Below are positions 51,403 through 58,727 of a stretch of 64,000 bases of DNA, piece by piece. This DNA comes from Ignavibacteriota bacterium (GTDB lineage Bacteria; Bacteroidota; Ignavibacteria; UBA10030; UBA6906): assembly GCA_963843525.1 (NCBI GenBank), contig CAWJKM010000002.1, positions 209,913 to 273,912 on the forward strand. Reading direction: 5' to 3'. The position numbers were made by a program, and so were the translations under genes. Below the pieces are notes generated by a model that did no database searches, was not told the DNA's origin, and worked only from the letters and a program-made list of their open reading frames with translations. The stretch's first letter is position 1. Each line of letters begins with the position of its first letter.

Positions 51403-51403
51403 C

Positions 51404-51495
51404 GCTCTCTCCCTTTCCCCCCGTCCCCAGTCCCCAAGTCTCCCAGTCCCCAAGTCCCCAAGTCTCCCACTCTCCCCCTCAGTCCCTCGCCCTTC
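51404..51495. repeat. C-rich 7-8-nt periodic repeat (gtcccca / agtctccca units) at the helicase-N / methyltransferase junction
   Basis: gtcccca gtcccca agtctccca gtcccca agtcccca agtctccca ... Confidence 0.6.
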
Positions 51496-52471
51496 GTATG
51501 ATCTCGTTTGTCAAATCCAGTATCGGCTGCGTGCTCCGGTAATTTTCTTCGAGCTTCACGATCTTGCATTCCGTGAATTGATCCGGGAATTCGAGAATAT
51601 TCCGTACCGTCGCGCCGCGGAAGCTGTAGATCGACTGTGCATCGTCTCCCACGACCATGAGGTTGCCATGATGTGAGGCGAGGAGCCGGACAATCTCGGC
51701 TTGAATCAGGTTCGTGTCCTGATATTCATCCACCATGATATATTTGTAGCGCTCACACACCGTCGTCCTGACCGACTCCACATCGCGGAGCAGTTTCCGG
51801 AGATACAGAAGGAGATCGTCGTAGTCCATCAGGTTATGCTGGGACTTGTACTCTTCGAACGCCTTCTGGAGGACGAGGATCTCTTCGAGATAATTCTCGT
51901 AATGGGGGTATTCCTCCTGGAGAATCTCACGCACGGGGCGGACGGTGTTGACGGCTTTGGAGAAGATGTCGTAGAGCGTCTGTTTGCGCGGGAAGCGTTT
52001 CTCCTTCGTGTCGAACTTGAAACGTGTCCGGAGAAGGTTCACGACGTCTTCTGCGTCGCCCTGATCGAGGATACTGAACGACGAATCGAATCCGATGAGC
52101 GACGCGTACTGGCGGAGGAGGAGGTTCGCAAAAGAGTGGAACGTCCCGCCGGCGACGTTTTCGCATCGGGCATCGAGGAGCATGGAGGCGCGGCGGAGCA
52201 TTTCCTGCGCCGCCCGCCGGGTAAACGTCAGGAGCAGAATCGCTTCCGGTTTAACTCCGAGTTCCACAAGATACGCAACCCGGTAGACGATGGTCCTGGT
52301 TTTCCCCGTTCCCGCACCGGCGATAATCAGGTGCGGACCATTGACAGATGACACAGCTTCGTACTGGGCCGGATTGAGCTGGTTCCGGTAGTCGATCTGA
52401 AACGTGTGTTGACCGGGAGACTCCGCAGCCGGTTCGGGGTACGGGGTCTTTTTGAGAAGGTATTTTTTCAT
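51479..52471 (-). CDS. UvrD/PcrA-family helicase, N-terminal half (domains 1A/1B, motifs Q, I-IV)
   Basis: LNPAQYEAV, Walker A AGAGTGKT, Walker B MVDEYQDTN, VGDDAQSIYSFRGA, NYRST. The ORF ends inside the repeat tract a few residues after motif IV. Confidence 0.8.
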   Translation of the reverse strand: MKKYLLKKTPYPEPAAESPGQHTFQIDYRNQLNPAQYEAVSSVNGPHLIIAGAGTGKTRTIVYRVAYLVELGVKPEAILLLTFTRRAAQEMLRRASMLLDARCENVAGGTFHSFANLLLRQYASLIGFDSSFSILDQGDAEDVVNLLRTRFKFDTKEKRFPRKQTLYDIFSKAVNTVRPVREILQEEYPHYENYLEEILVLQKAFEEYKSQHNLMDYDDLLLYLRKLLRDVESVRTTVCERYKYIMVDEYQDTNLIQAEIVRLLASHHGNLMVVGDDAQSIYSFRGATVRNILEFPDQFTECKIVKLEENYRSTQPILDLTNEIIRRARD

Positions 52472-52504
52472 GATCGGCGCATCACTGGCAGGGGAACTGC
52501 CAAT

Positions 52505-53518
52505 TCATAATTTCTTTGCAGGATATTCCTCGAGCGTATCGAGGATCCCCTCGATTGTCTTCGGCGAATTCCCTTCGGCGCGGTTGTTGACGTACACATA
52601 GAGTGTCTTCTTCTCTGCGACGCAGCGATGGACAGCTTCCACGATGCCCTCCCGCAGTTCCGGATTCTCCTCACGGATCCGGTCGTACGGTTTGAATGTC
52701 TGCACCGCCTGTTCATACGTCCTTCCCGGTTTGAGAAGGGCGCGGACGACGGAGAAGTCGGTGGTCAGCACGCCGGACACTTCCAGTTGCCGGATCACGG
52801 GCGGCATACGCGTCCAGTTGTTCAGCACATGGGCGACTCCGTGCGACCGGAGCATCGTGAGATAATTTTCCTTGAGGTACTCTGCATTCCGAATCTCCAC
52901 GGCGTACGAGTACCCCGGGGGGAGCTTTGACAGGAATTCTTCGAGGAGGTCGACGAACCGTTCATCGGTCAAACCCGAGTTGGGATAAAACGTCGAGAAC
53001 TCAAAGATAATCGCTCCGCGCTTGCTGTGGAGTGCGTCGAGCGGGCGAAGGAATGCGTCTTCGAAGAGGCGGGCATTGAGAAAGTCGGGATTTTCCGTGC
53101 CTGCCTGGGCTCCATAACGGGCGATGTTCGGATAGCGGCGTACCGTAATCCGGTCGGTCACTTTCAGGGCAAGGACGAATCCATCCGGCGTATCGTCATG
53201 GATGCGCTCCATTTTCTCGAGGTCGGGAAAGTCGTACAGGGCGAAGTCGGCGCAAACGGTCGGGAAGACCGTGGCATACTCCGCAAGGCACCCCTGTTCG
53301 AAGTTTCGCTGCGAGGAATATTTTTTGTTGTAGACCATCCCTCTCCACCCCGGGTACTTCCAGGAGGAGGACCCGAACAGAATTCCCCGCGAGGTCCATG
53401 CCGCCAGGCGGTTCCGGTTTTTTTCCACATACTCCGAGGAAGGGAACTTCGCTGTTTCGGGAAACAACGGGAGGGTCGCATCCTCCGGTTTTGGCTTCCT
53501 TGTTCTGGGCATAGTCAA
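52505..53518 (-). CDS. DUF72 (YecE-like) family protein
   Basis: ...SSSWKYPGWRGMVY...AEYATVFPTVCADFALYDFP... is typical of DUF72. Confidence 0.6.
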   Translation of the reverse strand: MTMPRTRKPKPEDATLPLFPETAKFPSSEYVEKNRNRLAAWTSRGILFGSSSWKYPGWRGMVYNKKYSSQRNFEQGCLAEYATVFPTVCADFALYDFPDLEKMERIHDDTPDGFVLALKVTDRITVRRYPNIARYGAQAGTENPDFLNARLFEDAFLRPLDALHSKRGAIIFEFSTFYPNSGLTDERFVDLLEEFLSKLPPGYSYAVEIRNAEYLKENYLTMLRSHGVAHVLNNWTRMPPVIRQLEVSGVLTTDFSVVRALLKPGRTYEQAVQTFKPYDRIREENPELREGIVEAVHRCVAEKKTLYVYVNNRAEGNSPKTIEGILDTLEEYPAKKL

Positions 53519-53542
53519 ATATACGAACGTCGAAGGCGAAAG

Positions 53543-53573
53543 AAAAAGTCCACGCTGCGTGGACTTTTTCTTT
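53543..53573. terminator. bidirectional Rho-independent terminator-like hairpin
   Basis: gaaaaaGTCCACGCtGCGTGGACtttttc: an 8-bp GC-rich stem flanked by an A-run and a T-run, between the membrane-protein gene and the DUF72 gene. Confidence 0.6.
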
Positions 53574-53603
53574 GTTACTCCATCGTTACCGTGTGCGCAC
53601 TAT

Positions 53604-54461
53604 TCAGCCGCCGACCTGGATTCCGGTGAGAATCACAAACACCGACCAGAGGATCCAGAGAGCGAAGACGAGGACCAGGATCTTGTTCAGATCTTTCCGG
53701 AAAAGGCGGGAGAGCCCGATGCTGACGACGACAAGGTCCCAGATGGTGAAGAAATTGACCTTGCTCAGTGCGACATCCAGCTTATTCTGCACAGAGAACC
53801 CGTTGAGGACAAAGAGCGCGAGATTGGGACCTGCGTGGAGGTGGTCGAAGGCGATCGCCATGATGGTTGTGACGATCGATTCCAGGCTCCCGATGAAGAA
53901 TGTGAGACCGACAATTTCCACCACTTTCATATAGGGTGCTGATACCTTCATCACCGTCCTTCCGAGCAGCCAGTAGACCAGGCAGACAAGGAAGAGGGCG
54001 ATGGGGGTCACGATCAGGAGCGCGCCGCCTGTGGTGATCATCATCCAGGGTGAAGCGGGGTCGGTGAACTTTTCCATCTGCTCGCGTGCCTGGTCGGCCT
54101 GTTCGGGAGTCATTTTCCCGCTCTGGATCGACTCCTGGAACCGCTGTTCCGTGGATTCGCGTATCTGGGTTCGTAACTGGTCGGCAAGCGACGGGTTCCG
54201 GAGCATCATCTGTGACATCCCGAACGAAACAACGATGAAGATGATGAGAGGAATGACCCAGTTCGAAGGAGTGGAAGCGGTATCCCGGACGTTGTCGAAG
54301 AGCTCCCCCGGTGAAGCGAAGACATTGGTCAGTTTTTCTGTGAAGGACATCGGCTTGACGGTGGATTCGCCTGTTGGCGTCGTGGTAGATAGGTCATCCA
54401 TGGATGGCTCCTTTGATGGTTGGGAACAGCCCAACGTAGCGAAAACCCCTTTGAGAATCAA
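53604..54461 (-). CDS. Yip1-like multi-pass membrane protein
   Basis: Hydrophilic N-terminal third followed by five or more TM helices. Confidence 0.4.
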   Translation of the reverse strand: MILKGVFATLGCSQPSKEPSMDDLSTTTPTGESTVKPMSFTEKLTNVFASPGELFDNVRDTASTPSNWVIPLIIFIVVSFGMSQMMLRNPSLADQLRTQIRESTEQRFQESIQSGKMTPEQADQAREQMEKFTDPASPWMMITTGGALLIVTPIALFLVCLVYWLLGRTVMKVSAPYMKVVEIVGLTFFIGSLESIVTTIMAIAFDHLHAGPNLALFVLNGFSVQNKLDVALSKVNFFTIWDLVVVSIGLSRLFRKDLNKILVLVFALWILWSVFVILTGIQVGG

Positions 54462-54497
54462 TGGGTTTTAGAGACGACATTTTTGACGTCTCCCCAC

Positions 54498-54526
54498 TTG
54501 ACAAGACGACAAATTTGTCGTATCGT
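54498..54526 (+). promoter_or_regulatory. sigma70-like promoter (TTGACA-17-TATCGT) with a perfect 14-bp palindrome CGACAAATTTGTCG in the spacer, upstream of dinB
   Basis: ttgaca at 54498-54503, 17-nt spacer, tatcgt at 54521-54526; palindrome at 54507-54520; read directly. Confidence 0.5.
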
Positions 54527-54556
54527 ACCTGTGAACTCACCCCCTGCCCCTCTCTT

Positions 54557-55714
54557 ATGACTCTCTTCATCCATCTTGATCTCGATTGCTTCTTCGCCGC
54601 CGTCGAGACCGTCCTGCATCCCGAACTTCGCGGTGTTCCGCTCTGTGTCGGGGGGCAGCGGGGAGGACGGGGGATTGTGACCTGTCCGAATTACGAGGCG
54701 CGCGCGTATGGTGTCCGGACGGCCATGTCGGTGCGTGCGGCGGAACAGCTCCTGCCGCGGGGCGCCGTGTTCCTCCGGGGGAACCATCACCTGTATGGTG
54801 AATATTCACGGCGTGTCATGACGGTTCTGGAATCGTTTACGCCCGAAGTGCGACAACGGAGCATCGATGAAGCGCTGATGGAAGTCGGGGGATGCCTTCA
54901 CTTCTGGGGCCACGATCCGGCCCGCATGGGGCAGGCGATCAAGGACCGGGTCCGTACGGAAACGGGCCTGACGATCTCCGCCGGTGTTGCGCCCAACCCC
55001 CTGTGCGCGAAGATCGCAGCCGGATGGCGTAAACCCGACGGTCTCGTGGTGATCCCTCATGGCGAAGTACAGGAATTCCTTGCGCCGTTGCCGGTGGACG
55101 TTGTGCCCGGAATCGGCAAAAAGACCGCGCCGCGTCTTGCCATGCACGGCATCCGGACAGTGAGTGATCTGATTGCCCGGCGGCCGCCCCGCGAGAGCTG
55201 GCTCGGTTCGCTGCTCCGGGGATTGCTTGATGAAACGGGAAGTTCAGGACGGCACGACGCTGATGCTGTTGAGCACTCGATCTCGCGCGACAGGACATTC
55301 GGTCAGGATACTGCCGACCGGGAACAGATCGAATCGACGCTCTTCCTGCTGACCGAGCGTTGCTGCAAAACCCTCCGGGTCGAGGGGCTCGCGGCATCGA
55401 CGGTGACCCTGAAGGTACGTTTCGCGGATTTCACCACCGTGCAGAAGCAGGAAACGCTGCCCGCGGCGGTGGTGAACGAAGAGCAGATCTTCGCGGCCGT
55501 CCTGCTGCTGCTGGGCGACCTTCTTCCGCCCTGGCGGTTTGTGCGTCTTGTCGGGGTGAAGGTGTCCCATCTTTCCCCGCTGGAAGGACAGCAACTCACA
55601 CTCGATGCCGGGACGTCGGAACGACTGCATGAGCTGCACCGCCGGGTGGATGCGCTGCAGGAACGGTTTGGAGAAGCGAGCGTGCGGTGGGGAAGAGGGG
55701 TGGGGACATTTTAA
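54557..55714 (+). CDS. dinB: DNA polymerase IV (Y-family)
   Basis: Y-family motifs (HLDLDCFFAAVE, SIDEA...) and length about 385 aa. Start taken at MTLFIHLD; the track ORF begins at 54461. Confidence 0.85.
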   Translation: MTLFIHLDLDCFFAAVETVLHPELRGVPLCVGGQRGGRGIVTCPNYEARAYGVRTAMSVRAAEQLLPRGAVFLRGNHHLYGEYSRRVMTVLESFTPEVRQRSIDEALMEVGGCLHFWGHDPARMGQAIKDRVRTETGLTISAGVAPNPLCAKIAAGWRKPDGLVVIPHGEVQEFLAPLPVDVVPGIGKKTAPRLAMHGIRTVSDLIARRPPRESWLGSLLRGLLDETGSSGRHDADAVEHSISRDRTFGQDTADREQIESTLFLLTERCCKTLRVEGLAASTVTLKVRFADFTTVQKQETLPAAVVNEEQIFAAVLLLLGDLLPPWRFVRLVGVKVSHLSPLEGQQLTLDAGTSERLHELHRRVDALQERFGEASVRWGRGVGTF

Positions 55715-55752
55715 ATTTTAGATTTTAGAATTTAGATTTTAGATTTTAGACT
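55710..55752 (+). repeat. TTTAGAT heptanucleotide tandem repeat (about 6 copies) immediately after the dinB stop
   Basis: tttaaat|tttagat|tttagaa|tttagat|tttagat|tttagac. Confidence 0.8.
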
Positions 55753-55929
55753 GGTTCAGGCGAGGTCATAGGGCACACCGTCATAAGCATGGGCTTCAGG
55801 CGCTCTGATTTAGGCGCGCCGTCATTGCCACGACCTTCAGGTCGTGGGCAAATTTCAAGAGGCGCTCTCTAACCAGTGAGGGGTTTTAACCCCCCTCAGT
55901 GGTTCTATCGACCAGTGTCCGATTGACTT

Positions 55930-56994
55930 TTGTCAATTGGTCTTTATCGGCGGCCATCTCCTCTGGAAGAGGGGAAGAGTGGTATCCCAATCCCCCGGCA
56001 ACGTGAAGAACAACTCGCGCTTCGATTTGCCGGACTTACGCTTGTTCACGAGAATCGAATATTATTGTGGACGGGTCTGAGGAGAAACCAGCGCACACTC
56101 GTCGGATCAAGGGAAGGGCGGATGCTTTCCGGTATTGCACAAAATATCTTCCCGTACGTCGGTGCGTGGGCACGGCATGGCGTCTTCATCGCGCTTGCGT
56201 CGGGGGATGCAGCGGCAAGAGGCGGACTGAATGACGGCGACGAGGCGGCGCTCTTCGGCGTGGCGCGGGTGGAGGTGCCGCCGTACGGAGCGGTGCCGCG
56301 TTCTTCACGCATCACCGCGGATGCCGTTGATGTGGTGATTGAAGATGAGACGCTGGTCTACCGCTTCCCGTACCATTACCCGGACCGCGCGCACCGGGGG
56401 GAAATGAACGCCGACTTCCTGAATCCGCAGCGTTTTCTCGATCGCGTGGCGCCGGTGCTTGACCTGTTCGGAGAACGGGCGCGATTGGTGATGCTGCGGC
56501 CGGCACCGCTCTACAGGACGGAGGAAATCGCGTTTGAGGAGATCCTGGAGCGTCTCGACCGGTTTCTCGCGCACCTGCCGGCGGCATACCGGTATGTGCT
56601 TGAACCGCCCGCTCCCATGGTTCTCCGGCGCGAGTATTTTGATTGTCTTCACGCACGGGGTGTGGTGCATATGTTCAGTGAGGGGGAAGCGCTCTTTCGA
56701 GCGTTGCCATCGGTGGGGGAACAGCTTTTCATCCCCGGGGCGGTCGCCCCACCGTTCTGCGTCGTGCGGAGCGGTTTTCCCGGGGAGATCCCCGGCATGC
56801 CGCATCGGCGGTTTGATGGAGCGCTCCGGAGACAGGGATGGTACGATGCGGTGTGCCGGTGTCTTGTTGAGCATCTGCCGGTGTATCTGTTTGTTGACGA
56901 CGGGACGAACCCTCTCGACTCGCTGATGGCGTTGATGGAAATGCTGAACGAGGACCTGGCGAAACGGTCGGTGCTGCGGCAGAACGCAGCCTAG
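55930..56994 (+). CDS. divergent DUF72-like protein (paralog of 52505..53518)
   Basis: The central and C-terminal regions align with the other DUF72 protein (ADFLNPQRFLDRVAPVLDLFGERARLVMLRPAPLY... versus PDFLNARLFEDAFLRPLDALHSKRGAIIFEFSTFY...). The N-terminus is degenerate and the start is uncertain. Confidence 0.5.
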   Translation: MSIGLYRRPSPLEEGKSGIPIPRQREEQLALRFAGLTLVHENRILLWTGLRRNQRTLVGSREGRMLSGIAQNIFPYVGAWARHGVFIALASGDAAARGGLNDGDEAALFGVARVEVPPYGAVPRSSRITADAVDVVIEDETLVYRFPYHYPDRAHRGEMNADFLNPQRFLDRVAPVLDLFGERARLVMLRPAPLYRTEEIAFEEILERLDRFLAHLPAAYRYVLEPPAPMVLRREYFDCLHARGVVHMFSEGEALFRALPSVGEQLFIPGAVAPPFCVVRSGFPGEIPGMPHRRFDGALRRQGWYDAVCRCLVEHLPVYLFVDDGTNPLDSLMALMEMLNEDLAKRSVLRQNAA

Positions 56995-57002
56995 AAATTT
57001 TA

Positions 57003-57365
57003 CTGTAGGTCGGGTCGCTGACCCGACCAATTCAGACGGGAGACACTGCATGGCCGGCGGGACGGGTCTGGCGACCCGTCCTACAAATGGACACTCTGTA
57101 GGTCGGGTCGCTGACCCGACCAATTCAGACGGGAGACACTGCGTAGCCGGCGGGACGGGTCTGGCGACCCGTCCTACAAATGGGCACTCTGTAGGTCGGG
57201 TCGCTGACCCGACCATCTCAGACGGGAGACACTGCGTAGCCGGCGGGACGGGTCTGGCGACCCGTCCTACAAATGGACACTCTGTAGGTCGGGTCGCTGA
57301 CCCGACCATCTCAGACGGGAGACACTGCGTAGCCGGCGGGACGGGTCTGGCGACCCGTCCTACAG
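57003..57365. repeat. 93-bp tandem repeat, about 3.9 copies, each unit carrying two perfect 9-bp-stem hairpins (REP/BIME-like)
   Basis: Units begin at 57003, 57096, 57189 and 57283. Hairpins are GGTCGGGTCgctGACCCGACC and GGACGGGTCtggcGACCCGTCC. The array sits directly 5' of a RAYT-like transposase remnant. Confidence 0.85.
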
Positions 57366-57389
57366 ATCTTCGTACGTACCCATTGACAA

Positions 57390-57622
57390 ACATACTTTCT
57401 TCGTTCAAGAAGTACACTGCTCGACGAGCAAATAAGCTGCTCAGCCGTCAGGGAGCATTCTGGCAAGATGAATCATACGACCATCTCATCCGCGCCGGGG
57501 AAGAGCTTGAACGGACGATGTGGTACGTAGTGAACAATCCCGTGAAAGCGAAACTCGCAAAGGAATGGCAGGACTGGGAATACACGTACGTGAAGCCAGA
57601 CCTTCTGAATTTCGCTTTTTGA
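57390..57622 (+). pseudogene. truncated REP-associated tyrosine transposase (RAYT, IS200-like Y1 transposase): C-terminal ~80 aa only
   Basis: ...FKKYTARRANKLLSRQGAFWQDESYDHLIRAGEELERTMWYVVNNPVKAKLAKEWQDWEYTYV matches the RAYT C-terminus (Y..NPV catalytic Tyr region). The HUH N-terminal half is absent, and the upstream part of the track ORF (57050-57389) is just a translation of the REP array. Confidence 0.65.
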
Positions 57623-57644
57623 ATTTGGAGTTGGATTTTGGCCT

Positions 57645-58349
57645 ATGACTTCCTCCGTCTCTCTTCGCCCCTCCACCGCAGTGCCATATGCGGCGCTCGT
57701 CAGTCAGTTCCATGCCGAGCCGCACGGCAAGCTCTATTGCCTGCATGGCGACGCGCTGGCGTTCCGCGTCGCCCTTTCGGCCGCATCGCAGGCAATCCTG
57801 CGCGGGATGACGGTCGCGCTGGTGGACGGAGCCAACAGGTTTGATGCGTATTTCATCGCGGAATTTGCGCGCCACGTCGAGATGCGGGGCGGGCCGCCGC
57901 CGGGCGAATTGCTCAACCGGATCTTCGTGTCGCGCGCCTTCACCTGCTACCAGATGGAGGCGGTGGTGACGGAACGGCTTCCAAAATTTCTCGACAGAAC
58001 GGGCGCCAGGGTCGCGGTGCTTTTTGGACCGCTCGATACGTTCTACGACGACCAGGCCCCGTTCTTCGAAGTGAAAGCGGGCGTCGGACGGATGATCGAG
58101 GCACTCCAACGGTTGCGGGAGCACCAGATCGGCGTGCTTGTCGCTTCGCAGGATGTGCGCCTTGCCTCCGGGGAACGGAGCAGCCTCTTTCCGCGCTTCG
58201 CCGCGGCGATGGACGGTGTCTATACGGTGGAGCAACAGGAGGGCAAGCTCCTGATGCATGCTCAGGCTGCTCCGGTCATGAAACCGCCGCGGCGGGTCAA
58301 TAACCACACACCGCTCCGGATTCATGAGAGGAGTACCGGAAAGCTCTGA
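57645..58349 (+). CDS. RecA-fold protein without a Walker A motif (ImuA/SulA-like)
   Basis: RecA-like strand/helix pattern (...GMTVALVDGANRFD..., LNRIFVSRAFTCYQMEAVV, ARVAVLFGPLD) with no GxxxxGK[ST]. Its stop overlaps the next start (TGATG). Confidence 0.4.
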   Translation: MTSSVSLRPSTAVPYAALVSQFHAEPHGKLYCLHGDALAFRVALSAASQAILRGMTVALVDGANRFDAYFIAEFARHVEMRGGPPPGELLNRIFVSRAFTCYQMEAVVTERLPKFLDRTGARVAVLFGPLDTFYDDQAPFFEVKAGVGRMIEALQRLREHQIGVLVASQDVRLASGERSSLFPRFAAAMDGVYTVEQQEGKLLMHAQAAPVMKPPRRVNNHTPLRIHERSTGKL

Positions 58350-58666
58350 TGACACAAGACGTCGAACGACGAGGAGACGCTATGGGACGTACAGTGCCGA
58401 CATTCACGATGGTGCTCCAGCAGGAGATCGATAGCTGGGGAAAATTCCGGCGTGCGCTGCGGAAGGAAGACCAGGATGCGATGGACGATCTCTTCCGGTC
58501 CGCCCAGTTGCAGCTTGCCGGCAGTGCGTATGCGGCACGGCCGATTCCGTTCGAAAGCATCGCCATGGCCATGCTGATCGCGCAGCAGCGCCGCATCAGT
58601 GAGCTTGAACGCCGGCTGTCAAAAGAGGAACAGCGCGTGAGCCTTGTTACCACAGATCGTCCCTGA
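58349..58666 (+). CDS. small hypothetical protein (105 aa) in an operon between the RecA-fold protein and PolB
   Basis: Translationally coupled ORF; predicted C-terminal coiled-coil (AQQRRISELERRLSKEEQR). Confidence 0.4.
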   Translation: MTQDVERRGDAMGRTVPTFTMVLQQEIDSWGKFRRALRKEDQDAMDDLFRSAQLQLAGSAYAARPIPFESIAMAMLIAQQRRISELERRLSKEEQRVSLVTTDRP

Positions 58667-58727
58667 GCGAAGGACATGGCTCCATGGTTGATGATCAACC
58701 GACAAGTGAATTGAAGATGGTGGTAGC

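Noticed and set aside
51404-51453. N-terminal 17 residues (MGTGRLGDWGRGERERA) of the methyltransferase ORF
   Set aside because: This is a translation of the C-rich heptad repeat; the true start is more likely MFILDG at 51402.
57050-57389. N-terminal 'Gly/Thr-rich repeat' part of the 190-aa ORF
   Set aside because: It is a translation of the same REP array; only the C-terminal ~80 aa (RAYT remnant) is real coding sequence.
56305-57417. 370-aa ORF on the minus strand with the internal repeat ...VGSATRPTECPFVGRVARPVPPATQCLPSE...
   Set aside because: Its repetitive region is a translation of the 93-bp REP tandem array, and the rest lies antisense to the DUF72-like gene. It is a repeat artefact, not a repeat protein.
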